Assembly: GCA_950097015.1 (NCBI GenBank)
Contig: CATNEN010000025.1
Coordinates: 62,001-126,000, forward strand
From: Macrostomum hystrix
Lineage: Eukaryota > Animalia > Platyhelminthes
Length of the DNA: 64,000 nucleotides
Reading direction: 5' to 3'
Under the pieces are notes generated by a model. It did no database searches and was not told where the DNA came from. It saw nothing but the letters and a program-made list of their open reading frames with translations. Position numbers and translations under genes: made by a program. Below, piece by piece: positions 13,261 to 27,146 of the stretch (positions are counted from its first letter, which is position 1; each line of letters starts with the position of its first letter).

Positions 13261-14521
13261 TTCGCTAGTATGCATTCATCCGTGGTGTGTCCAGATGATG
13301 ATCCACGCCCGTGTTTGCCTGTGTGGGCCGAATTGCCTTTATTTATTTATTTATTTTATTTTATTTAAGCGCCAGGCCCATAGAAAAAACGCGTCAGACG
13401 AAATATGAAGACTCAATTGATCTGAAAACTTCACCTTCAAAGATTTCATTGGCAGTCCTTTCTAGCACCCCAATGTTTTTTTCGTACAGTTCATTTTTAG
13501 AATGAACAGTTGAAAATTAGATCTTCCCTATTAGGACGCGATGGAGAACGGTCATAGAAGAATTAGCTGGCGTCTACACGCTTCAGTTTAAACGCTTCAT
13601 GTGCGGAAGACAGAAAAATAATTAATAGTCCAAAAAGAGAAACAGACTGAGAGAGAAAGTGAAAGAGGAAAGAAGCAGAAGGAGAAGGAAGGAGCGCCAG
13701 TCATGGGAGCGGAACTGTGCGGAGGCACAGATGATTCTGGCATTCCAGCGTTCACACCCTTCACTTCCATCCTTCTCACAGCAGTGGACTCATGACTGTC
13801 GTGCACTCGCACCGCCATAATCTCATTATTCTCCTGACGCCGGATAAAGAAGGCATATACTGCACAGGGGGTGCACTGGCTGTGCGATTAGTTAGCCAGA
13901 TCGCATGCGGTCTGGGAAGTGTGACTTGGCTTATGTCAAATGGTTGGTTCGTACTAAGCTGCATGCTGATCGCTTTAATGGGATGCAGTATTGGCTGCTA
14001 AGTGTCATATTTGATGCATGATGACATCAAAGGGATGGAGGCACGTCGATCAGATTACAAATGGGTCAGAGACACTCGAAAACCTTCCGACTCGGCAGTC
14101 TGATGAAAAAAGAACCATACAACATATAAAATCTGAAAAAACGCCTACTGGAGCAGAAGGACCCAGTACTCAATGTCTATTGAAAATATTTTAAAAGGCC
14201 ACTTTTCTAAATTATTTTATTATTAAACGGATGCACATAGAAAATTACTTTTTTTTCGCTGGGACCTTGGTATATTCACATGTAGTAGCATTATTTAATA
14301 ACAATATTTAATAACAACCAGGATTGTTATTTATGCATAAAGTATAATTTACTTTGTGCTTCCAAGGTGTGACTAGGTATAGGTTAGCTAGGCCATACAA
14401 GGCCCATACATACTAGGCCCATACATCACCTCGTATAGGTGAATAAAATATCTAGTTTAGTACAATATAGAAACACACTAATTACATAATACACTTCTAT
14501 AATCCTCCTTCAAAACTGTTT

Positions 14522-14713
14522 CCAAAGACACTTAACTCTACATTGCTTCACCCAGCTGTGAAATGGTAACCAGCATTAGATGGGGCAATTGAGGGTGGGT
14601 GTGGCGTCCCCCCAGTCCATGGACTGAACAGCCGTACGCAGCCTTCTGGTGCGCCGCGCAATTGCAGCGGCTGCGCTGTGGGCTGTACATTTGACCCAAA
14701 GGTGTAATCAATT
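14522..14713 (+). mobile_element. SINE family A, 5'-truncated copy
   Basis: cacccagctgtgaaatggtaaccagc...gtggcgtcccccagtccatggactgaacagccgta...ggtgtaatcaatt matches the 3' two-thirds of 37388-37695. Confidence 0.85.
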
Positions 14714-15453
14714 AGTCTTTCCTGAAAACTATCATTTACATTATTACATTACATGCATACATTAAAACAACATCATTATCAATTAAATGTATGTCAAATC
14801 TCATTTTAGTAGCAACAGAATATCGTGGTCTTCTACCCGCACTTGCTCATCATGTACCATTGACTTTGAATAATGCGTGCTGCGTACTTCAACTTCTTCT
14901 AATTAAGCGGTGATACACAACGGAAACGCCATTTTATCCAGCTCTAGACAGCGATTTCGTGACCTACCATAAAAAGCAAGTCAGAGAGAGAGAGCGCCCT
15001 ATTTTACATGTCGCTTTAGTTTTTACTTAGTATTCTAGCTAGAGTTCGCGTAATATTTGAGCTAGACAGAACTTTTTAGCTACTAACTTTGCGCTCAAAA
15101 TCAGCTGCCAAATTTGGGTCACACAATGAAACATGTCACGACATTAAACAGAAATAGCTTAGTCTGGTCCACATCAAGCACTGCCAGTAATCATTTGCCA
15201 GCACTCTCTGTTAGCGGGCCTCACAATGGACTCCGCATTACCATTAACACTCGTAATTACCGAAATAGCACTTATATTTCATGACTGCGATAATCCATCC
15301 CCAGAAAGGCCTTCCATCATAATCATCCGAAATGATGCATCAGTATAAAACCAATGCAAATTATTCATATTTCTGAGTTTCTGGGTCGCCTTATTTCACA
15401 TTAAAAGCATCCGAAATTAATTATTAATTGCTGACAGACAACAAAAACCATCT

Positions 15454-18400
15454 CTATCGTTTGCTTCCGCTAACTATCGTTTGCTTTCGCTAACTATCGT
15501 TTGCTTCCACTAACAATCGTTTGCTTCTGCTAACTATCTTTTGCTTCCGCTAACTATCTTTTGCTTCCGCTAACTATCGTTTGCTTCCGCTAACTATCGC
15601 TTGCTTCCGCTAACTATCCTTTGCTTTCGCTAACTATCGTTTGCTTCCGCTAACTATCTTTTGCTTCCGCTAACTATCGTTTGCTTCCGCTAACTATCGT
15701 TTGCTTCCGCTAACTATCCTTTGCTTTCGCTAACTATCGTTTGCTTCCGCTAACTATCCTTTGCTCTCGCTAACTATCGTTTGCTCTCGCTAACTATCGT
15801 TTGCTTCCGCTAACTATCCTTTGCTTCCGCTAACTATCCTTTGCTCTCGCTAACTATCCTTTGCTTTCGCTAACTATCCTTTGCTCTCGCTAACTATCCT
15901 TTGCTCTCGCTAGCTATCGTTTGCTTCCGCTAACTATCCTTTGCTCTCGCTAACTATCGTTTGCTTTCGCTAACTATCGTTTGCTTCCGCTAACTATCGT
16001 TTGCTCTCGCTAACTATCCTTTGCTTCCGCTAACTATCCTTTGCTTTCGCTAACTATCCTTTGCTTCCGCTAACTATCGTTTGCTTCCGCTAACTATCCT
16101 TTGCTTCCGCTAACTATCCTTTGCTCTCGCTAACTATCGTTTGCTCTCGCTAACTATCGTTTGCTTCCGCTAACTATCCTTTGCTTTCGCTAACTATCGT
16201 TTGCTTTCGCTAACTATCCTTTGCTTCCGCTAACTATCGTTTGCTTCCGCTAACTATCCTTTGCTTCCGCTAACTATCCTTTGCTCTCGCTAACTATCGT
16301 TTGCTCTCGCTAACTATCGTTTGCTTTCGCTAACTATCCTTTGCTATCGCTAACTATCGTTTGCTTCCGCTAACTATCTTTTGCTTCCGCTAACTATCGT
16401 TTGCTTCCGCTAACTATCGTTTGCTTCCGCTAACTATCCTTTGCTTTCGCTAACTATCCTTTGCTCTCGCTAACTATCCTTTGCTCTCGCTAACTATCCT
16501 TTGCTTTCGCTATCTATCCTTTGCTCTCGCTAACTATCCTTTGCTTCCGCTAACTATCATTTGCTTCCGCTAACTATCCTTTGCTTCCGCTAACTATCCT
16601 TTGCTCTCGCTAACTATCCTTTGCTTCCGCTAACTATCGTTTGCTTCCGCTAACTATCGTTTGCTTCCGCTAACTATCCTTTGCTCTCGCTAACTATCGT
16701 TTGCTCTCGCTAACTATCGTTTGCTTCCGCTAACTATCCTTTGCTTCCGCTAACTATCCTTTGCTTTCGCTAACTATCCTTTGCTTTCGCTAACTATCCT
16801 TTGCTTCCGCTAACTATCGTTTGCTTCCGCTAACTATCGTTTGCTCTCGCTAACTATCGTTTGCTCTCGCTAACTATCCTTTGCTTTCGCTAACTATCCT
16901 TTGCTTTCGCTAACTATCCTTTGCTCTCGCTAGCTATCGTTTGCTTCCGCTAACTATCGTTTGCTTCCGCTAACTATCGTTTGCTTCCGCTAACTATCGT
17001 TTGCTTCCGCTAACTATCCTTTGCTTCCGCTAACTATCCTTTGCTTTCGCTAACTATCCTTTGCTTTCGCTAACTATCCTTTGCTTTCGCTAACTATCCT
17101 TTGCTCTCGCTAGCTATCGTTTGCTTCCGCTAACTATCGTTTGCTTCCGCTAACTATCGTTTGCTCTCGCTAACTATCGTTTGCTCTCGCTAACTATCCT
17201 TTGCTTTCGCTAACTATCCTTTGCTTTCGCTAACTATCCTTTGCTCTCGCTAGCTATCGTTTGCTTCCGCTAACTATCGTTTGCTTCCGCTAACTATCGT
17301 TTGCTTCCGCTAACTATCGTTTGCTTTCGCTAACTATCCTTTGCTCTCGCTAACTATCCTTTGCTCTCGCTAGCTATCGTTTGCTTCCGCTAACTATCGT
17401 TTGCTCTCGCTAACTATCGTTTGCTTTCGCTAACTATCGTTTGCTTCCGCTAACTATCCTTTGCTTCCGCTAACTATCGTTTGCTTTCGCTAACTATCGT
17501 TTGCTTCCGCTAACTATCGTTTGCTTCCGCTAACTATCCTTTGCTTCCGCTAACTATCCTTTGCTTTCGCTAACTATCGTTTGCTTCCGCTAACTATCCT
17601 TTGCTTTCGCTAACTATCCTTTGCTTCCGCTAACTATCCTTTGCTTTCGCTAACTATCCTTTGCTTCCGCTAACTATCCTTTGCTTTCGCTAACTATCGT
17701 TTGCTTTCGCTAACTATCCTTTGCTTCCGCTAACTATCGTTTGCTTCCGCTAACTATCGTTTGCTTCCGCTAACTATCGTTTGCTTCCGCTAACTATCCT
17801 TTGCTTCCGCTAACTATCCTTTGCTTTCGCTAACTATCGTTTGCTTTCGCTAACTATCCTTTGCTCTCGCTAACTATCCTTTGCTCTCGCTAGCTATCGT
17901 TTGCTTCCGCTAACTATCGTTTGCTCTCGCTAACTATCCTTTGCTTTCGCTAACTATCGTTTGCTTCCGCTAACTATCGTTTGCTCTCGCTAACTATCCT
18001 TTGCTTCCGCTAACTATCCTTTGCTTTCGCTAACTATCCTTTGCTTCCGCTAACTATCGTTTGCTTCCGCTAACTATCCTTTGCTTCCGCTAACTATCCT
18101 TTGCTCTCGCTAACTATCGTTTGCTTTCGCTAACTATCCTTTGCTTCCGCTAACTATCCTTTGCTTTCGCTAACTATCCTTTGCTTCCGCTAACTATCGT
18201 ATGCTTCCGCTAACTATCCTTTGCTTCCGCTAACTATCCTTTGCTCTCGCTAACTATCGTTTGCTCTCGCTAACTATCGTTTGCTTTCGCTAACTATCCT
18301 TTGCTATCGCTAACTATCGTTTGCTTCCGCTAACTATCTTTTGCTTCCGCTAACTATCGTTTGCTTCCGCTAACTATCGTTTGCTTCCGCTAACTATCCT

Positions 18401-21400
18401 TTGCTTTCGCTAACTATCCTTTGCTCTCGCTAACTATCCTTTGCTCTCGCTAACTATCCTTTGCTTTCGCTAACTATCCTTTGCTCTCGCTAACTATCCA
18501 TTGCTTCCGCTAACTATCATTTGCTTCCGCTAACTATCCTTGCTTCCGCTAACTATCCTTTGCTCTCGCTAACTATCCTTTGCTTCCGCTAACTATCGTT
18601 TGCTTCCGCTAACTATCGTTTGCTTCCGCTAACTATCCTTTGCTTTCGCTAACTATCCTTTGCTCTCGCTAACTATCCTTTGCTCTCGCTAACTATCCTT
18701 TCGCTTTCGGACTACTATCCTTTGCTCTCGCTAACTATCCTTTGCTCCGTCTAACTATCATTTGCTTCCGCCTACTATCCGTTTGCTCTCGCATAACTAT
18801 CCTTTTGCTTCCGCTAACTATCGTTTGCTCCGCTAACTATCCTTTGCTTCCGCTAAACTATCCTTTCCTCTCCGCTAAACTATCGTTTGCTCTCGCTAAA
18901 CTATCCTTTGCTTTCCGCTAACTAGTCCTTTGCTTCTCGCTACTAGCAATTTCCGCTATAGCCTTTCCGCTAACTATCGTTTGCTTCGCTAACTATCGTT
19001 TGCTTCGCTAACTATCCTTTGCTTCCGCTAACTATCCGTTTGCTCTCGCTAACTATCCGTTTGCTTCCGCTAACTATCGTTTGCTTCCGCTAACTATCGT
19101 TTGCTTCCGCTAACTATCCTTTGCTTTCGCTAACTATCCTTTGCTCTCGCTAACTATCCTTTGCTCTCGCTAACTATCGTTTGCTTCCGCTAACTATCGT
19201 TTGCTTCGCTAACTATCGTTTGCTTTCGCTAACTATCGTTTGCTTCCGCTAACTATCCTTTGCTTTCGCTAACTATCCTTTGCTTTCGCTAACTATCGTT
19301 TGCTTCCGCTAACTATCCTTTGCTTCCGCTAACTATCCTTTGCTTCCGCTAACTATCCTTTGCTTCGCTAACTATCGTTTGCTCTCGCTAACTATCCTTT
19401 GCTTCCGCTAACTATCCTTTGCTTCCGCTAACTATCCTTTGCTTTCGCTAACTATCCTTTGCTTCGCTAACTATCCTTTGCTTCCGCTAACTATCGTTTG
19501 CTCTCGCTAACTATCGTTTGCTTCCGCTAACTATCGTTTGCTTCCGCTAACTATCGTTTGCTTCCGCTAACTATCCGTTTGCTTCCGCTAACTATCCTTT
19601 GCTTCCGCTAACTATCCTTTGCTTCTCGCTAACTATCGTTTGCTTTCCGCTAACTATCCTTTGCTCTCGCTAACTATCCTTTGCTCTCGCTAACTATCCG
19701 TTTGCTTCCGCTAACTATCGTTTGCTTCCGCTAACTATCCTTTTGCTTCTCGCTAACTATCGTTTGCTCTCGCTAACTATCGTTTGCTCTCGCTAACTAT
19801 CCTTTGCTTCCGCTAACTATCGTTTGCTTCGCTAACTATCCTTTGCTTCCGCTAACTATCGTTTGCTTCCGCTAACTATCCTTTGCTTCCGCTAACTATC
19901 CTTTGCTCTCGCTAACTATCGTTTGCTTTCGCTAACTATCCTTTGCTTCGCTAACTATCCTTTGCTTTCGCTAACTATCCTTTGCTTCCGCTAACTATCG
20001 TATGCTTCCGCTAACTATCCTTTGCTTCCGCTAACTATCCTTTGCTCTCGCTAACTATCGTTTGCTCTCGCTAACTATCGTTTGCTTTCGCTAACTATCC
20101 TTTGCTATCGCTAACTATCGTTTGCTTCCGCTAACTATCTTTTGCTTCCGCTAACTATCGTTTGCTTCCGCTAACTATCGTTTGCTTCCGCTAACTATCC
20201 TTTGCTTTCGCTAACTATCCTTTGCTCTCGCTAACTATCCTTTGCTCTCGCTAACTATCCTTTGCTTTCGCTAAACTATCCTTTGCTCTCGCTAACTATC
20301 CATTGCTTCCGCTAACTATCATTTGCTTCCGCTAACTATCCTTTGCTTCCGCTAACTATCCTTTGCTCTCGCTAACTATCCTTTGCTTCCGCTAACTATC
20401 GTTTGCTTCCGCTAACTATCGTTTGCTTCCGCTAACTATCCTTTGCTTTCGCTAACTATCCTTTGCTCTCGCTAACTATCCTTTGCTCTCGCTAACTATC
20501 CTTTGCTTTCGCTAACTATCCTTTGCTCTCGCTAACTATCCTTTGCTTCCGCTAACTATCATTTGCTTCCGCTAACTATCCTTTGCTCTCGCTAACTATC
20601 CTTTGCTTCCGCTAACTATCCTTTGCTTCCGCTAACTATCCTTTGCTCTCGCTAACTATCCTTTGCTTCCGCTAACTATCCTTTGCTTTCGCTAACTATC
20701 CTTTGCTCTCGCTAGCTATCGTTTGCTTCCGCTAACTATCGTTTGCTTCCGCTAACTATCGTTTGCTTCCGCTAACTATCCTTTGCTCTCGCTAACTATC
20801 GTTTGCTCTCGCTAACTATCGTTTGCTTCCGCTAACTATCCTTTGCTTCCGCTAACTATCCTTTGCTTTCGCTAACTATCCTTTGCTTTCGCTAACTATC
20901 CTTTGCTTTCGCTAACTATCCTTTGCTCTCGCTAGCTATCGTTTGCTTCCGCTAACTATCGTTTGCTTCCGCTAACTATCGTTTGCTCTCGCTAACTATC
21001 GTTTGCTCTCGCTAACTATCCTTTGCTTTCGCTAACTATCCTTTGCTTCCGCTAACTATCGTTTGCTTCCGCTAACTATCCTTTGCTTCCGCTAACTATC
21101 GTTTGCTTCCGCTAACTATCCTTTGCTCTCGCTAACTATCGTTTGCTCTCGCTAACTATCGTTTGCTTCCGCTAACTATCCTTTGCTTCCGCTAACTATC
21201 CTTTGCTTTCGCTAACTATCCTTTGCTTTCGCTAACTATCCTTTGCTTCCGCTAACTATCCTTTGCTCTCGCTAACTATCGTTTGCTCTCGCTAACTATC
21301 GTTTGCTTCCGCTAACTATCCTTTGCTTCCGCTAACTATCCTTTGCTTTCGCTAACTATCCTTTGCTCTCGCTAGCTATCGTTTGCTTCCGCTAACTATC

Positions 21401-23424
21401 GTTTGCTTCCGCTAACTATCGTTTGCTCTCGCTAACTATCGTTTGCTTCCGCTAACTATCGTTTGCTTCCGCTAACTATCGTTTGCTTCCGCTAACTATC
21501 CTTTGCTCTCGCTAACTATCGTTTGCTCTCGCTAACTATCGTTTGCTTCCGCTAACTATCGTTTGCTTTCGCTAACTATCGTTTGCTTCCGCTAACTATC
21601 GTTTGCTCTCGCTAACTATCCTTTGCTTTCGCTAACTATCCTTTGCTCTCGCTAGCTATCGTTTGCTTCCGCTAACTATCCTTTGCTCTCGCTAGCTATC
21701 CTTTGCTTTCGCTAACTATCCTTTGCTCTCGCTAACTATCCATTGCTTCCGCTAACTATCATTTGCTTCCGCTAACTATCCTTTGCTTCCGCTAACTATC
21801 CTTTGCTCTCGCTAACTATCCTTTGCTTCCGCTAACTATCGTTTGCTTCCGCTAACTATCGTTTGCTTCCGCTAACTATCCTTTGCTTTCGCTAACTATC
21901 CTTTGCTCTCGCTAACTATCCTTTGCTCTCGCTAACTATCCTTTGCTTTCGCTAACTATCCTTTGCTCTCGCTAACTATCCTTTGCTTCCGCTAACTATC
22001 ATTTGCTTCCGCTAACTATCCTTTGCTCTCGCTAACTATCCTTTGCTTCCGCTAACTATCCTTTGCTTCCGCTAACTATCCTTTGCTCTCGCTAACTATC
22101 CTTTGCTTCCGCTAACTATCCTTTGCTTTCGCTAACTATCCTTTGCTCTCGCTAGCTATCGTTTGCTTCCGCTAACTATCGTTTGCTTCCGCTAACTATC
22201 GTTTGCTTCCGCTAACTATCCTTTGCTCTCGCTAACTATCGTTTGCTCTCGCTAACTATCGTTTGCTTCCGCTAACTATCCTTTGCTTCCGCTAACTATC
22301 CTTTGCTTTCGCTAACTATCCTTTGCTTTCGCTAACTATCCTTTGCTTTCGCTAACTATCCTTTGCTCTCGCTAGCTATCGTTTGCTTCCGCTAACTATC
22401 GTTTGCTTCCGCTAACTATCGTTTGCTCTCGCTAACTATCGTTTGCTCTCGCTAACTATCCTTTGCTTTCGCTAACTATCCTTTGCTTCCGCTAACTATC
22501 GTTTGCTTCCGCTAACTATCCTTTGCTTCCGCTAACTATCGTTTGCTTCCGCTAACTATCCTTTGCTCTCGCTAACTATCGTTTGCTCTCGCTAACTATC
22601 GTTTGCTTCCGCTAACTATCCTTTGCTTCCGCTAACTATCCTTTGCTTTCGCTAACTATCCTTTGCTTTCGCTAACTATCCTTTGCTTCCGCTAACTATC
22701 CTTTGCTCTCGCTAACTATCGTTTGCTCTCGCTAACTATCGTTTGCTTCCGCTAACTATCCTTTGCTTCCGCTAACTATCCTTTGCTTTCGCTAACTATC
22801 CTTTGCTCTCGCTAGCTATCGTTTGCTTCCGCTAACTATCGTTTGCTTCCGCTAACTATCGTTTGCTCTCGCTAACTATCGTTTGCTTCCGCTAACTATC
22901 GTTTGCTTCCGCTAACTATCGTTTGCTTCCGCTAACTATCCTTTGCTCTCGCTAACTATCGTTTGCTCTCGCTAACTATCGTTTGCTTCCGCTAACTATC
23001 GTTTGCTTTCGCTAACTATCGTTTGCTTCCGCTAACTATCGTTTGCTCTCGCTAACTATCCTTTGCTTTCGCTAACTATCCTTTGCTCTCGCTAGCTATC
23101 GTTTGCTTCCGCTAACTATCCTTTGCTCTCGCTAGCTATCGTTTGCTTCCGCTAACTATCCTTTGCTCTCGCTAACTATCGTTTGCTTCCGCTAACTATC
23201 CTTTGCTCTCGCTAACTATCGTTTGCTTCCGCTAACTATCCTTTGCTCTCGCTAACTATCGTTTGCTCTCGCTAACTATCCTTTGCTCTCGCTAACTATC
23301 GTTTGCTCTCGATAACTATCCTTTGCTCTCGATAACTATCCTTTGCTCTCGATAACTATCCTTTGCTCTTGATAACTATCCTTTGCTCTCGCTAACTATC
23401 GTTTGCTTCCGCTTACTATCGTTT
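15454..23424. repeat. 20-bp satellite array (gctaactatc[c/g]tttgc[ttcc/tttc/tctc]), about 400 copies, 8 kb
   Basis: Direct reading; period 20; variation concentrated at two sites; 1440-bp duplication visible (rows 20281 and 21721 onward). Confidence 0.98.
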
Positions 23425-23715
23425 TACGTTACATCTTCTGAGACGATTCAGAACGAAAACTGGTGTGCTTTTTGGTCAATGAAGTGAGAAAGCTTGTACA
23501 TTAGACTTTGTATTCTTTAAAGCAAAAAGCATTAGCAACGCAATTAACTACGATTGTGAATTTGTACTGGGGCAGGTTGCCATTCACTTTCAGTAGTAAA
23601 AAATGAAATATAAATTTATTTGAAGATAAACTATTCGCAATCACGTTCCATATTTACTAAAAGCGGGAGGTTTCTGAATGAACTATTACAGCTAAGATAA
23701 ACTTCGAGGGATAGG

Positions 23716-23950
23716 TAGTGAGGTGGCTGCAGACTGACTGAGGTGGTAGAAGAGGCAGGGAGTGAGGTGGCTGCAGACTGACTGAGGTGGTAGAAGAGGC
23801 AGGGAGTGAGGTGGCTGCACACAGACTGAGGCCGTGGAAAGGGCAGGGAGTGAGGTGGCTGCACATATGACTGCCACGACTGAGGTCGTGGAAGGGGCGG
23901 GGAGTGAGGTGGCTGCACACAGACTGAGGTCGTGGAAGGGGCGGGGAGTG
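23716..23950. repeat. About 44-bp tandem repeat, 5-6 copies
   Basis: agtgaggtggctgca recurs at 23717, 23761, 23805 and onward. Confidence 0.88.
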
Positions 23951-24300
23951 ATTTGGCAAAATGAGGGAATCTATAAAAGGTTAGTTGATGGACGAATAGT
24001 TAAAATCTGGTCAACAGTATGTACTGTTGCCAAGCACAAGATAGGCTCCTAAATTCATCGGCTTTGTCCAACAAGTCCAACAAGGACTTTGCCAGTCGCT
24101 GATGCTTAAAACTTCTTGAGGTCTTTGTAGAGTTCTCAAGGACTACTAAATTACAAGGACGCGGGGCTCTGAAGTTTTTTTGTTTGAAACGTCTCATTAA
24201 TCTAGTTAATTCAGCATTCTGGCTTAAGATCGTCTTTAAAATTCTTCCACGAGTCTTGGTTGTTGCGTCCTTCTACTTTAGAAGTCCTTGTTAGATTCCT

Positions 24301-24841
24301 CTACGATGAGGAAAATGTCTCCTGTAGGTTTCTTCTTCTCGACAGACGGAGCCGACAGAAAGCCAGGTAGAGAAATTCAACAATCTCCACGAAGAAGGCC
24401 ATGGTGAGTCCTAGGCACAGTGAGCACAGGCCACCAACGCGGCTAACCAATGCCTCAAAGGTGACGGTGAGTTTCTCTTCGCGACGCGTCGTGTCAAAAG
24501 ATTTGCGTCGAACGATGACGTAAGCGTAGCTGTTCGCCGAGGCGGGCAGCTCACCGTGCTGACGTGACGCCCCGGCCGGCAGTCGGGTCAGGTCCTCCGC
24601 GCTCAGGTAGTTCAGAATCTGCTTGACCAGCTGGCGGTAGTTCTGACGCTGAACAATGGCCTCTTTGAGTAGCTTCCAGCTCTGGGATTGGTTGAGCATC
24701 CAATGCAGCTGGAAGTCTGTGGCTCTCCACCTGGTTATGGACAGGTCCTGCTTGTAGTAATACTTGCTGCAACGCTTCCGACAGGAGATGTCGTTATCGG
24801 CTGCTTTTGAGTCGCCCATGGACTCCAGGCACTTCAGGCGC
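24301..24841 (-). CDS. DEG/ENaC (amiloride-sensitive sodium channel family) subunit, exon 4 (thumb end, TM2, C-tail)
   Basis: Acceptor ttcccctag|G at 24842/24841 completes GA|G (phase 2). TM2-like LVSRVGGLCSLCLGLTMAFFVEIVEFLY; stop at 24301. Confidence 0.9.
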
Positions 24842-24892
24842 CTAGGGGAAAGTGAAATTTGTTTCTTATGTAGAAAGCTTGTACGAAAATAA

Positions 24893-25620
24893 ACTGTTAT
24901 CTATCGACACTGAATGGTCTGTTATCTATCGATACAAATAATAATAATTGATTACACCTGCCCCAATCGGGTCAGGTGTGCAGCCGACAGCACAGCCGCA
25001 GCTATTGCGCGGTGCATCTGAAGGCTGCGTACAGCTGTTCAGTCCATGGACTGGGGGGACGCCACACCCACCTTCAATTATCCCTGCTAATGCTGGTACC
25101 CATTTAACAGCTGGGTGAACTGAAGCAATGCAGAGTTAAGCGTCTTTTTAATGGGCACACATTGTTCTAGTGGAGTCGGGAATCGAACCCCCGACCTTCA
25201 AGTCGTGAGTCCGACGCCCTAACCACTAGGCTACAACCTCTTATCGATACTGAATGGTCTGTTATCTATCGATACTGAATGGTCTGTTATCTATCAACAC
25301 TGAATCTTTTATCTACCAACACTGAATCTGTTATCTATCAATACTGAATCTGTTATCTATCAACACTGAATCTGTTATCTATCAATACTGAATCTGTTAT
25401 CTATCAATACTGAATCTGTTATCTATCAACACTGAATCTGTTATCTATCAATACTGAATCTGTTATCTATCAATACTGAATCTGTTATCTATCAACACTG
25501 AATCTGTTATCTATCAATACTGAATCTGTTATCTATCAATACTGAATCTGTTATCTACCAACACTGAATCTGTTATCTATCCACACTGATTGGTCTGTTA
25601 TCTAGCGGCACTGAATGGTG
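24893..25620. repeat. 22/25-bp minisatellite (actgaat[ggt]ctgttatctatcaat) interrupted by a SINE
   Basis: 25-bp units at the edges and 22-bp units in the core (25321, 25343); SINE at 24936-25242. Confidence 0.9.
24936..25242 (-). mobile_element. tRNA-derived SINE, family A (CORE-like centre), full-length
   Basis: Reverse complement begins aagaggttgtagcctagtggttagggcg...ggttcgattccc (A and B boxes) and ends in an (att)n tail; 8-bp duplication atcgatac at 24928-24935 and 25243-25250. Confidence 0.88.
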
Positions 25621-26242
25621 TATTGTACATTATAATGGTAAATTCTTATATTTAATGACAGTAAAGAAAATATTAGTATTTGTTTTAAAAAGCACTTCTT
25701 ATACTTCTGTTGAAGCAAAACATCAACAGAAGCCTAGATAATAGCTGAAAATCACCCAGCATTGTGTTTAGAACAAAAGGATTTGATTTCGAAAACAATT
25801 CCAGGTGCAGATGGTGGAAGTCTAAATTTAGCCACACAGTCAACAACACACTGACTTTCAACCTTATTCAACCCCTTGGCAAGTGCAAGGAAATAAGCTA
25901 TAAATTTTGCACACTTAAGCTAGGATAGGAAACGAGCTGCTAATAGGCACAATAAGTGCAATTGTTTAAAAACCGCAGGCATAAACAGAAAAAAAAATTT
26001 TCTGCCTCTGAATGGAATTTTCCAGAATGGCAAAATAAGTAAAAACGAACAAGCCTACTGTATGATACTCCTAGTACTTGCCGCTAATATAATAAGTCCA
26101 GGGTCACCTTTTCATCAACATATTCAAAAGTTGCAAAAATGCTTTACACACTACTTCTAGTAAATTATTTATATTTGTTAACCCCTGATCCGCTAATTAC
26201 AACATTTAAATTAATTTCTAGCATCTTTGTTATGTTATTGTG

Positions 26243-27146
26243 CCACATATTCTGCAGGTGCTCTGTCTGATGTCTTTCAACATTCTGGTGCTCTGTCTGA
26301 TGTCTATCATCATTCTGGTGCTCTGTCTGATGTCTATCATCATTCTGGCACTCTGTCTGATGTCTATTAACATTCTGGTGCTCTGTCTGATGTCTATCAT
26401 CATTCTGGTACTCTGTCTGATGTCTATCATCATTCTGGTGCTCTGTCTGATGTCTATCATCATTCTGGTGCTCTGTCTGATGTCTATCATCATTCTGGTA
26501 CTCTGTCTGATGTCTATCATCATTCTGGTGCTCTGTCTGATGTCTATCATCATTCTGGTGCTCTGTCTGATGTCTATCATCATTCTGGTGCTCTGTCTGA
26601 TGTCTATCAACATTCTGGTACTCTGTCTGATGTCTATCATCATTCTGATACTCTGTCTGATGTCTATCATCATTCTGGTACTCTGTCTGATGTCTATCAT
26701 CATTCTGGTACTCTGTCTGATGTCTATCATCATTCTGGTACTCTGTCTGATGTCTATCATCATTCTGGTACTCTGTCTGATGTCTATCATCATTCTGGTA
26801 CTCTGTCTGATGTCTATCATCATTCTGGTGCTCTGTCTGATGTCTATCAACATTCTGGTACTCTGTCTGATGTCTATCATCATTCTGATACTCTGTCTGA
26901 TGTCTATCATCATTCTGGTACTCTGTCTGATGTCTATCATCATTCTGGTACTCTGTCTGATGTCTATCATCATTCTGGTGCTCTGTCTGATGTCTATCAA
27001 CATTCTGGTACTCTGTCTGATGTCTATCATCATTCTGGTGCTCTGTCTGATGTCTATCATCATTCTGGTGCTCTGTCTGATGTCTATCATCATTCTGGTG
27101 CTCTGTCTGATGTCTATCAACATTCTGGTACTCTGTCTGATGTCTG
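26243..27146. repeat. 30-bp minisatellite, about 30 copies
   Basis: Unit cattctggt[g/a]ctctgtctgatgtctatcat. Confidence 0.97.

Noticed and set aside
12196-13275. Overlapping long ORFs here and at 26230-27235, 27725-28607, 31755-35587 and 62018-62689
   Set aside because: Their periodicity equals the DNA repeat unit in several frames, and there are no domain motifs or splice support.
18540-19960. Indel-rich zone inside the 20-bp array as an ancient or distinct sub-array
   Set aside because: Scattered 1-bp indels in a segment that otherwise mirrors neighbouring blocks look like unpolished long-read error. This cannot be settled without reads.
25170-25242. tRNA genes here and at 37388-37460 and 9507-9575
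   Set aside because: The tRNA-like heads continue into shared SINE bodies with tails and TSDs, and I see no complete acceptor stem.
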